A DNA stretch of 19,896 nucleotides, from positions 1 to 19,896 of the forward strand of contig JBEGVZ010000095.1 of the NCBI GenBank assembly GCA_041178085.1. The letters are read 5' to 3'. The stretch is from Pseudomonadota bacterium (GTDB lineage: Bacteria > Bdellovibrionota_B > Oligoflexia > Oligoflexales > RGVZ01). The position numbers and the translations under genes were made by a program. Each line of letters opens with the position of its first letter. Positions within the stretch are counted from its first letter, which is position 1. This document shows positions 8,102 through 15,983 of the stretch, in pieces. A model generated the notes under the pieces. The model made no database searches, was not told the DNA's origin, and was given only the letters and a program-made list of their open reading frames with translations.

Positions 8102-9493
8102 TCAGGCCAGACATGAGGAAAGGGTCAATGGACGCGCATCCGGCGTCTGGCGGCCACCCTGCCCCCGCACACTTGCCGATCGTAGAATCCCGGGCAAATC
8201 GAATTCAAACTCATGATGCCAGCTGTCCAGCCACTCAAAAGCAGGGGCTGCGAGGCTGGAGTTCAGCTCCGCCAAGTCGACCTTGTTTGCTGGACGGGCC
8301 GGCAGGTAGCCAGGACGCGCCTCGTGCAGCAGATCTGTTGCCTTCGCCGAGACAGCGCCACGGGGTGGTTGAGCCTCGGCGATCAGACCAAGTTGCATCA
8401 GAGCCTCACAGGCATCCATGATCCAGTCCTGAGGCAACTTCGAACGCTGCACCAGTTCATCCATCGGCACCGGACGACCACTGCCAGCGTCAAAATTCTT
8501 GTGAATGATAATGAGGAGAGCCAGAGGCAGCATCTCCTGGATCCTCAAATTCCGGATTCGGTCCATCGGCTGCGTGATCTTGTCCACCGTGTCCTCTGAC
8601 TCGGCCTCCGGGAACCCCTGCTGGATTCGCCAGGTGATCAGCGCGCCAAACAGTATGATCGCCCAGCAGATGTAGATCCAGAACAGGAACACCGGGACCG
8701 CTGCAAGAGCGCCGTAGATTGTCTTGTAGTTGGTGAAGTTGCTGGCGTAGATACCGTACAATCTGCCGCCCTGATGCAGCAGGGTGCCGGCCACCAGGGC
8801 ACCGATCATCGCTTCCCGGCGGCCAACCGGGCAATTGGGAATGACTTTGTAGGCGAGAAAGAAAAATCCCACCCATACGGACCAGGCAAAAAGGCTATAC
8901 AGCAGCTGCATCGCGTAAGTGCGCTTGCCAACAACGGCAGAGACATCGAGCAATTCCTGCAATCGGTACCCGGACACAACGCCAATCACCATCGACAGCG
9001 CGAACATGCCAAGAGTCAGGAAAGTCCAGAAATACACGAAACGGGTCACGGCGTTGCGATCCTTGCGCACCAGCCAGATCCGGTTGAGTGCCTGCTCGAT
9101 CTGGCGCAGCAGCAGGATCAGTGTCAGTACGATTCCGGCGAAACTTGTGATCCCGATTTTTTTCAGGTCAAGGTGACCAAGGAACTGTTCCAGGTAATCG
9201 ACAACCTGCGTACCACTGCCGGCGGCGAGATTTTGCAGGATGAACGATCGCATGGAAGTCATCAGGTTACTGTTTGCACCCAGTAGCGGGGTAAACAGGG
9301 AAATCACGGTGAAGGTTGCTGCGAGCGACGGCACCAGCGAGAACAAGGTTATGTAAGCCATTGCGGAGGCTTGCTTGAGCAGTTCGCATCTTTCAACGTC
9401 ATCCCAGATGACGTTGGCAAAGAACTTCAGCTTGCCGGCCATACCGGCATTGGCTTCCTTGGAAGACTGCGCTGCATTTTTTCCAGCTGCCAT
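8102..9493 (-). CDS. YihY/BrkB (UPF0761) inner-membrane protein with a C-terminal extension, probably winged helix
   Basis: Motifs ASAMAYITLFSLVP, IEQALNRIW, YKVIPN and YKTIYGALAAVPVFLFWIY..W.IILFGA. The tail MDELVQRSKLPQDWIMDACEALMQLGLI...GYLPARP resembles an Rrf2-type HTH. Confidence 0.9.
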   Translation of the reverse strand: MAAGKNAAQSSKEANAGMAGKLKFFANVIWDDVERCELLKQASAMAYITLFSLVPSLAATFTVISLFTPLLGANSNLMTSMRSFILQNLAAGSGTQVVDYLEQFLGHLDLKKIGITSFAGIVLTLILLLRQIEQALNRIWLVRKDRNAVTRFVYFWTFLTLGMFALSMVIGVVSGYRLQELLDVSAVVGKRTYAMQLLYSLFAWSVWVGFFFLAYKVIPNCPVGRREAMIGALVAGTLLHQGGRLYGIYASNFTNYKTIYGALAAVPVFLFWIYICWAIILFGALITWRIQQGFPEAESEDTVDKITQPMDRIRNLRIQEMLPLALLIIIHKNFDAGSGRPVPMDELVQRSKLPQDWIMDACEALMQLGLIAEAQPPRGAVSAKATDLLHEARPGYLPARPANKVDLAELNSSLAAPAFEWLDSWHHEFEFDLPGILRSASVRGQGGRQTPDARPLTLSSCLA

Positions 9494-9559
9494 GGTTCTA
9501 TCCCCCGGGCGTCATCGTACGATCAACAACTGCCGGTCCAGAACCTTGGCTCCGGCTGG

Positions 9560-10228
9560 TCAGTGCAGCGCCCCGTCACCTGATGCGGTCACACCGTCTT
9601 GTTGCAAGGCTTCGCGCTCGACGTCCTTGCGCGCTTTCTCGTAGCGCTGTTCGGCGGCCTGTCGCATCACGGCCACCTGGCCTGGCCAGGAATCTTCCAT
9701 GCGCTGCTGCATAAATCCGGCAAACAATGCATCCATCATAGCAAGAAAAGTCGCCGTCAGGTCGAGTCGCAGACCGACTGGCTCGGCGTTGCCCGAAGTC
9801 TGCATCGCCACATCCCCCGCATCGGCCTGCACCGGCAGCTGCACACTGCGCGGACTCAGGTCGCGCGCCGAAAGCGTGCAGGCAAATTCACCAAGGCCGT
9901 TGACATCGAATCCGATGCGCAAATCACGGATGGTCTGACCGGACAGGATACCTGCAGCAGCTTCGGGCGTTTGTGCCGGGGCACCGCCGCGCATCTGGTG
10001 CAGGTGAACGCGGCCGGAGGTTGCCTCGAGTGTAAGGCGATCGTCGATCCAGAAACGGAACTTGCGCTGCTGGCCCGTCAACGGACACGCGAATGATGCT
10101 GGTGCATCGTCATTTTCAGCCTGATGCCAGATCCACACCAGGAATTCCCGGGCAAGAAACCGCTTTGCCTTGGCAAGCGCCCCTAGCTGGTCCAACCGGG
10201 CTGCCATCTGTGGATTAGTAAAGCTCAT
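9560..10228 (-). CDS. Deltaproteobacterial RdgC-like (C-terminal-half) protein
   Basis: FLAREFLVWIW matches the FLGREFLxWLW motif, followed by IDDRLTLE, PEAAAGILSG and MDALFAGFMQQR. The family call is from recall and was not verified by search. Confidence 0.6.
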   Translation of the reverse strand: MSFTNPQMAARLDQLGALAKAKRFLAREFLVWIWHQAENDDAPASFACPLTGQQRKFRFWIDDRLTLEATSGRVHLHQMRGGAPAQTPEAAAGILSGQTIRDLRIGFDVNGLGEFACTLSARDLSPRSVQLPVQADAGDVAMQTSGNAEPVGLRLDLTATFLAMMDALFAGFMQQRMEDSWPGQVAVMRQAAEQRYEKARKDVEREALQQDGVTASGDGALH

Positions 10229-10264
10229 CTGCCACCACCCCTCAAAAACACCAACGATTTCAGA

Positions 10265-10293
10265 ATTTTACAAAAGAATACCGGTGGGGATAA
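10265..10293 (-). promoter_or_regulatory. sigma70-type promoter candidate for the RdgC-like/yihY genes
   Basis: The minus strand reads TTATCC (10293-10288), N17, TAAAAT (10270-10265). The weak -35 lies inside DnaA-like box 1. Confidence 0.4.
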
Positions 10294-10326
10294 GCTGTGA
10301 ATAAACTGTGGGGAAGGCGTGGAAAA
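10285..10326. promoter_or_regulatory. Array of four co-oriented DnaA-box-like 9-mers
   Basis: TGGGGATAA 10285-10293, TGTGAATAA 10296-10304, TGTGGGGAA 10307-10315 and CGTGGAAAA 10318-10326, compared with the consensus TGTGNAWAA. All spacers are 2 bp. Confidence 0.7.
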
Positions 10327-10663
10327 CGCAATCCGACACAGGTGCACAGCACCCCACAAAATCCGCCTGCGTCTGTCGCTGGAGCCAATGACCGAAACCC
10401 GGAGGGCAAATTCAGTAGGCCGAAACAGGGACATCAAACTGCAAGGCAAAACAAATACGATGACAAAAACCGGCTAACAGTTGGAAGAGTTTTCACTTTC
10501 AAATTCGCGTTGTCAACACCCGGATCCGATTTTTTTTTCTTTTATTTTCAAGGCCTGATAGACAAGGGTTTCAAGGGTTCTGCTGCAGAAAAAAGCAGCG
10601 GAATTTTGCCCAAAAAAAAGACAATTCAGACTGGCCACGCGACCAAAAAAGCACCCAAAAAAG

Positions 10664-11692
10664 ATGCACGACAAGACACAACCCGCCATCACGACACAAC
10701 CTGCGAAGACTTACGAACTTCGCATCACCTTTGAAACGCGCGCTGTGACTGCACTTGAGGTCAAACAGCGCACAATTGCGTTGCTGAAATCCCTCGGCTG
10801 CGACTCCTTCGTCGAAGGCGCCATCGATGGCCTCGACATCGACAACGAGTTCACCAATGAACCACGCGATTTCTACACGGAACTGGGTGGGCTGGAGCTG
10901 CCCATCTCTGTTTACAAGTATTCGCGGGAGTATCTGGAAGACCTGGCTGCACGCATCGATCGGCAGCTGGGCTCAAGATTTCCCGGCCAAGTGAAGTGCA
11001 CCATGCACGACATGGACACAGCGGTCTGGCTGGAGGGCTGGAAGGAAAGCTTTAAACCTCTGGTGACGGATCGCTTTGCCATCTTTCCGCCATGGGACAA
11101 ACCAGAAACCGCGATACTCGCCGGTCGCCTGCAGCTGGAAATCGAACCAGGCATGGCTTTTGGCACTGGCCAGCATGCAACGACCCAGCTTTGCTTGCGG
11201 GAACTGGAGAGGATTTCTGCCGACCTTGGCAGCGCAGCAGTGACAGGGTCTTCGCTGCTCGACGTTGGAACGGGAACAGGCATCCTGGCCCTCGCGGCGC
11301 ACAAACTTGGTTTTGCGCGTGTTGCTGCAACGGACATCGATCCCGATGCAGTGCTGGCAGCCCGGAACAATGCTGCCATGAACGACATGCGGCTTGATGT
11401 CGCGCAGATGACTGTGCCCTCCCCTGCGGCGGCAGCCAACTTGCCACCAGCGTTCCAGCCGCCGTTCAACATCGTCGTGGCAAATATATTGAAAGTCGTC
11501 CTTGAGAAGATCCTTCCCGACCTTGCCGGCGCAGTCGCCCCTGGCGGATTGCTGCTGATGTCCGGCCTTCTGCAGGAAGATGCGCGCGCGCTGACCCGCC
11601 AGGCCGAAGCGCTTGGCCTTAACTACATCCGGGAAAGTTATCAGGACGACTGGGCGGCACTGGTCCTGACGGCCCCCGCAGGAGGTGCTTGA
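10664..11692 (+). CDS. prmA: Ribosomal protein L11 methyltransferase
   Basis: Motifs W.EGWKESFKP, IEPGMAFGTGQHATT, SAM motif LDVGTGTGILA, DIDPDAV, VVANIL and MSGLL. Confidence 0.93.
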   Translation: MHDKTQPAITTQPAKTYELRITFETRAVTALEVKQRTIALLKSLGCDSFVEGAIDGLDIDNEFTNEPRDFYTELGGLELPISVYKYSREYLEDLAARIDRQLGSRFPGQVKCTMHDMDTAVWLEGWKESFKPLVTDRFAIFPPWDKPETAILAGRLQLEIEPGMAFGTGQHATTQLCLRELERISADLGSAAVTGSSLLDVGTGTGILALAAHKLGFARVAATDIDPDAVLAARNNAAMNDMRLDVAQMTVPSPAAAANLPPAFQPPFNIVVANILKVVLEKILPDLAGAVAPGGLLLMSGLLQEDARALTRQAEALGLNYIRESYQDDWAALVLTAPAGGA

Positions 11693-12450
11693 TGGCGGCG
11701 CACGTCTTCCGCTTTCTTGGTGCACCAGGCGACGGCACAGGTAGCCACTGGGTAATCGACAGCGAAGATGCCCGGCACGCACTGAAGGTGCTGCGACTCC
11801 CATCAGGCGAAGTGGTCGAAGTGACTGACGGAAGGGGCCGCGTTGTCACCGGCAAGCTCGTTCCGTTGGGCAAGGAGGCGGCCGGCGTCGACGTGACCGG
11901 CCTGCGGACGGAACCGGCCCCCACGGCGCCTCTTCATATCGCCGTTGGCGCACTGAAGCCCGGCGATGTAGACGACCTGCTACCCGCATTGGTGGAACTC
12001 GGGATGGACCGGATTTCCATCGTGCTCAGCCGTCATGGCGACAAAAACCGCATCGGCGATCGCCCGGCCGAGAGGTGGCAAAGAATCGTCCAGAACGCCA
12101 TCAAGCAAGCAAAGCGTGCCTGGCTTCCAGACCTGGTTGTCCATGGAAGCCTGGAAGAGTTTTTGATGACGGTCCAGGCTGGCACCTGTTGGATTTTCAC
12201 GGCTCCAGGCGCGGAATCCGGGGATCCAGTGCCACGGGACCGGCCAACCGCCGTGTGTGCGTCGGCTACGAGTGACCAGCCGGTTACTGGCCTTGTCGGC
12301 AGTGAAAAAGGATTTTCGGACGACGAGATCCAAGCCGCTTTCCGGGCTGGCTTCAAGCCCGTTTCCATCGTCACTTCCGTCCTGCGGGCAAGGACAGCTG
12401 CGATAGCTGCCGCGACGATCCTCGCTATGGCGGTGCCCCGGTCCGGGTGA
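11692..12450 (+). CDS. rsmE: 16S rRNA m3U1498 methyltransferase (SPOUT), divergent
   Basis: Motifs HALKVLRL, VTDGRG, LVELG, RWQRIV...KQAKR, VGSEKGFS and VLRARTA. Conserved prmA-rsmE order, TGATG coupling and GGAGG RBS. Confidence 0.87.
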   Translation: MAAHVFRFLGAPGDGTGSHWVIDSEDARHALKVLRLPSGEVVEVTDGRGRVVTGKLVPLGKEAAGVDVTGLRTEPAPTAPLHIAVGALKPGDVDDLLPALVELGMDRISIVLSRHGDKNRIGDRPAERWQRIVQNAIKQAKRAWLPDLVVHGSLEEFLMTVQAGTCWIFTAPGAESGDPVPRDRPTAVCASATSDQPVTGLVGSEKGFSDDEIQAAFRAGFKPVSIVTSVLRARTAAIAAATILAMAVPRSG

Positions 12451-12501
12451 TATGATTCCCCGCTGAAAAACGTCTCGAACTGCAAGTCAGGAGTCCGGCC
12501 G

Positions 12502-13104
12502 ATGAAGAAGATCCAGGGAAGACGCGGGGGAATCAAATCGCTTCTCGTCGAACCCTTCGAACAGATCAAGCTGGGCCTGATTTTCCTCTCCCTGAACCTG
12601 GTATTTTCGCTCGTTTCGCTCTCTGTTTTTACCTATTACCTCTACGACATCTACAAGGCGATGGCGGTCTACTTCAAGCTATCCGAGTCTGAGAGCATCC
12701 TGACTGCCAACAAGTTTGCCGTGCCAGCTGTCGTCGTTTTAGTGATGTTTGCGGTCTTTGTGGCAGCTACGTTGTTTGTGTCGATCCGTTACACCCACGC
12801 GATCTACGGACCGCTTGTTTCGATCAACCGCTTCCTGGACGAACTGCTCGCCGGGCAGCCGCCCCATGTGATCACCCTGCGCGAAACCGACCAGCTGCGT
12901 GACCTGGCAGACAAGCTCAACCGCGTGGCGGAACGTATGGAAACCGGGCAACGTTCAGGACCGCTAGTGGCCATCCACCGCTTCCTGGACGACATCATTT
13001 CCGGAAAAAAACCGGCACCACTCACTCTGCGAGAAGGGGATTCCTTCCGCGAACTTTCCGAAAAATTGAACAAACTTGCCGCACAGATGACTGTGCAGCA
13101 GTAA
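12502..13104 (+). CDS. Membrane protein with two TM helices and two tandem HAMP-like domains, no output domain
   Basis: Two hydrophobic segments followed by two copies of GPLVxIxRFLD...G...TLRExD..R.L..KLN. RBS AGGAG. Confidence 0.8.
   Translation: MKKIQGRRGGIKSLLVEPFEQIKLGLIFLSLNLVFSLVSLSVFTYYLYDIYKAMAVYFKLSESESILTANKFAVPAVVVLVMFAVFVAATLFVSIRYTHAIYGPLVSINRFLDELLAGQPPHVITLRETDQLRDLADKLNRVAERMETGQRSGPLVAIHRFLDDIISGKKPAPLTLREGDSFRELSEKLNKLAAQMTVQQ
12808..13100 (+). repeat. Intragenic diverged tandem duplication with a 150-bp (50-aa) period
   Basis: ggaccgcttgtttcgatcaaccgcttcctggacga at 12808 versus ggaccgctagtggccatccaccgcttcctggacga at 12958. Confidence 0.85.
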
Positions 13105-13120
13105 TCAGGGAGACCCAACC

Positions 13121-15403
13121 GTGACCAATCCGATGAAAGATTCCGTCTGCGCCACCACACCGGCCATGGTGAAGAACAGCTGCGAGAAGATCGCCAGCCG
13201 CGCCGAAAAATACCGCAAGGAACTTGGCCGCGACCTGACACTCGCAGAAAAAATCCTTTTTGCACATCTTGATGGCGAAGCGAGCGTCAAATCGCTCAAA
13301 CGCGGCAGCAGCTTCATCATGCTCCGTCCGGACCGCGTTGCAATGCAAGATGCAACGGCACAAATGGCGATCCTGCAATTCATTCAGTCTGGCCGCAAGA
13401 AGGTCGCCGTACCAAGCACCGTACACTGTGACCACCTGATCCTTGCGCGCAAGGGCGTCAAGGAAGACATGAAGGTCGCCAACAGTGAAAACGAGGAGGT
13501 GTTCAACTTCCTGCAAACTTCATCCAATAAGTACGGCATCGGCTTCTGGAAACCAGGTGCCGGGATCATTCACCAGGTCGTTCTGGAAAATTACGCATTC
13601 CCGGGTGGCCTGATGATCGGCACGGACTCCCATACCCCGAACGCAGGCGGCCTGGGCATGCTGGCGATCGGTGTCGGCGGGGCCGATGCGGTGGACGTGA
13701 TGGCCGGGATGCCGTGGGAGCTTCTCAACCCCAAAATCGTCGGGGTCAAGCTTACCGGCCAGATGAAGGGCTGGACAGCGGCTAAGGATGTGATTCTTGC
13801 CCTTCTGGGCAAGATGACGGTCAAGGGCGGCACCAACAAGATCATCGAATACTTCGGGCCGGGTACGCGCTCGATCAGTTGCACGGGCAAGGCGACCATC
13901 ACCAACATGGGTGCGGAACTTGGCGCCACGTGTTCCGTATTCCCGTATGACGAACGCATGTCGGTTTACTTGCGCGGTACGGAACGCAGTGCATTGGCTG
14001 ACATTGCCGACAACCATGCTGCCGACCTGCGTTGCGATGCGGATGTCGAAGCAAATCCAGGCAAGTACTTTGACGAAGTCATCGAAATCGACTTGTCGAC
14101 GCTTGAGCCTCACATTGTCGGCCCGCATTCGCCGGATCTGGACCGACCGGTGTCGAAGATGCGCGACGAAGTCCGCGAAAAAAACTATCCGGATCACGTT
14201 TCCGCCACGCTCATTGGCAGCTGCACCAACTCATCTTACGAAGACATTTCCCGCGCGGCAGCGGTGGCCAAGTTTTGCCTGGACAATGGACTCAAGGCAA
14301 AGACCCAGCTTCTCGTCAGCCCGGGTTCGGACCAGATTTTCAACACGATCGAAAGGGACGGCCTGCTCAAGACGCTGGTCGACTTTGGCGGCACCGTGCT
14401 GGCTAATGCTTGTGGACCTTGCATCGGCCAGTGGCAGCGCGACGACATGGCGAAAGGCAAGCCGAATTCTATCGTCACGTCCTTCAACCGGAACTTCCGT
14501 GGCCGCAATGACGCAAATCCAGAGACCCTGAGCTTTATCTCAAGCCCCGAGATGGTCATGGCGTATGCCGTCAGCGGCTCGCTCAGCTTTGATCCAAACC
14601 GTGACACGATCAAAACCCCGTCCGGGAAAGAACTGAAGCTGTGCCTGCCCGAGGGCCCGGAAGTGCCCAAGGCCGGATTCCAGCCTGGCGACAGTGGCTT
14701 CGTGGAACCGGCGGCCGACGGCAGCAAGGTGACGGTCAACGTCAACCCTGCGAGCGAGCGCCTGCAAATCTTGAGTCCGTTTGGCAAATGGGACGGCAAG
14801 GACTTCACCGGACACACCCTTCTGGTCAAGACCAAGGGCAAAACGACGACCGACCACATTTCGCCGGCCGGTAAGTGGCTGCGCTTCCGCGGACACCTGG
14901 ATCGGATCAGTGACAACATGTTCCTGGGCGCCACTAACGCCTTCCAGGCAGAGATTGGCAAAGCGAAAAATGCCTTCACCGGCGAAATCAAGAACATCAG
15001 TGACGTCGCACGCGACTACAAAGCCAAGGGCAACCGCTGGATCGTCGTCGGCGACGAAAACTACGGCGAGGGTTCAAGCCGCGAGCATGCCGCCATGTCG
15101 CCGCGCCTGCTCGGCGTAAGCGCCGTGATCGTGCGCAGCTTTGCGCGGATCCACGAAACCAACCTGAAGAAGCAAGGCGTCCTGGCCCTGACCTTCGCTA
15201 ACCCGGCTGACTACGACAAGGTCCAGGAAGGCGACAAGATCAGCGTGACCGGACTGGTCAGCTTCGCCCCAGGCAAGCCCCTGACGGTGACCCTTGAGCA
15301 TCAGGACGGCAAAAAGGATTCGATCCAGGCGAATCATTCGTACAATGCCGAGCAGATTGCTTGGTTCAAGGCTGGGTCGGCCCTGAACCTGATGAAGGAC
15401 TGA
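13121..15403 (+). CDS. acnA: Aconitate hydratase, mitochondrial-like subtype
   Basis: Motifs [39 protein letters not shown], [4Fe-4S] ligands IGSCTNSS and [17 protein letters not shown] and [14 protein letters not shown] start after GGGAG; an alternative ATG lies at 13133. Confidence 0.95.
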   Translation: MTNPMKDSVCATTPAMVKNSCEKIASRAEKYRKELGRDLTLAEKILFAHLDGEASVKSLKRGSSFIMLRPDRVAMQDATAQMAILQFIQSGRKKVAVPSTVHCDHLILARKGVKEDMKVANSENEEVFNFLQTSSNKYGIGFWKPGAGIIHQVVLENYAFPGGLMIGTDSHTPNAGGLGMLAIGVGGADAVDVMAGMPWELLNPKIVGVKLTGQMKGWTAAKDVILALLGKMTVKGGTNKIIEYFGPGTRSISCTGKATITNMGAELGATCSVFPYDERMSVYLRGTERSALADIADNHAADLRCDADVEANPGKYFDEVIEIDLSTLEPHIVGPHSPDLDRPVSKMRDEVREKNYPDHVSATLIGSCTNSSYEDISRAAAVAKFCLDNGLKAKTQLLVSPGSDQIFNTIERDGLLKTLVDFGGTVLANACGPCIGQWQRDDMAKGKPNSIVTSFNRNFRGRNDANPETLSFISSPEMVMAYAVSGSLSFDPNRDTIKTPSGKELKLCLPEGPEVPKAGFQPGDSGFVEPAADGSKVTVNVNPASERLQILSPFGKWDGKDFTGHTLLVKTKGKTTTDHISPAGKWLRFRGHLDRISDNMFLGATNAFQAEIGKAKNAFTGEIKNISDVARDYKAKGNRWIVVGDENYGEGSSREHAAMSPRLLGVSAVIVRSFARIHETNLKKQGVLALTFANPADYDKVQEGDKISVTGLVSFAPGKPLTVTLEHQDGKKDSIQANHSYNAEQIAWFKAGSALNLMKD

Positions 15404-15412
15404 AGCCGGCAA

Positions 15413-15476
15413 GGGTGGATTCAACCGCTTGAATCCGCTTGGCAATCTGGAAGCTGGCCGGGAAACCCCGGCCAGC
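15413..15476. other. Two adjacent stem-loops downstream of aconitase
   Basis: GGATTCAA-ccgc-TTGAATCC (15417-15436) and the perfect GCTGGCCGGG-aaac-CCCGGCCAGC (15453-15476). Neither has a clear U-tract. Confidence 0.6.
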
Positions 15477-15505
15477 ACAAATCCGGATATAAGTTGTAAG
15501 TTGCA

Positions 15506-15534
15506 TTGACAAGTCAGCGCCTGGATTATACACC
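15506..15534 (+). promoter_or_regulatory. sigma70 promoter candidate for the tRNA
   Basis: Perfect TTGACA at 15506-15511. The -10 is either TATACA (15-bp spacer) or TACACC (17-bp spacer). Confidence 0.5.
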
Positions 15535-15548
15535 CTCAGTCTCGATGA

Positions 15549-15625
15549 CGCGGGGTGGAGAAGTCTGGTATCTCGTCGGGCTCATAACCCGAAGACCGCA
15601 GGTTCAAATCCTGCCCCCGCTACCA
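15549..15625 (+). tRNA. Initiator tRNA-fMet (CAT)
   Basis: 77 nt, CGCGGGGTGGAGAAGTCTGGTATCTCGTCGGGCTCATAACCCGAAG...GGTTCAAATCC...CCCCGCTACCA. Anticodon CAT at 15583-15585, three G-C pairs in the anticodon stem, unpaired 1:72, A11:U24 and encoded CCA. Confidence 0.97.
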
Positions 15626-15635
15626 AAACAAGTCC

Positions 15636-15671
15636 CGGCTCTGATTGAAGAAATCAGGGCCGTTTGTTTTT
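15636..15671 (+). terminator. Intrinsic terminator after the tRNA
   Basis: CGGCTCTGATT-gaaga-AATCAGGGCCG followed by TTTGTTTTT. Confidence 0.8.
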
Positions 15672-15983
15672 GGGGCTGAGGCAAAATGCCTCTCGCACGC
15701 AAACAAAACGCAAACATGAAAACGAAACCCACCAGAATCACCTGACCAATGACAGTCTTGGGCGATCGAGCTTGATCCCTGAACATCTTAGCGATTACCG
15801 GCTGAGTTTGACTCGCTCCGTTGGTTGCTGGAGCACCAGATTGATAACTGGCTGGGCGCGATTGGCGGAAGCTATGCCTGCGGCTTGGGGTACCTATCTT
15901 ATTTTGCTGGTTGCAGGCGGTTTTCTTTTCTTGCCAGAAAACCGCCTGCATCAGCCCCAATCATTGCTCGAATGTCGAGCGTC

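Noticed and set aside
10284..10326. GTGG repeats read as MraZ boxes or a mini-CRISPR
   Set aside because: The period is 11 bp with DnaA-type ATAA/AAAA tails (MraZ repeats are ~10 bp and precede the dcw cluster). The units are far too short for CRISPR.
10225..10734. ORFs 10225-10449 (-) and 10297-10734 (+)
   Set aside because: They cross homopolymer-rich regulatory DNA, give low-complexity translations and have no convincing RBS.
10912..11803. Minus-strand ORFs over prmA
   Set aside because: Antisense shadows of a clear housekeeping gene.
13022..15478. Several minus-strand ORFs over aconitase
   Set aside because: Antisense shadows of a conserved enzyme.
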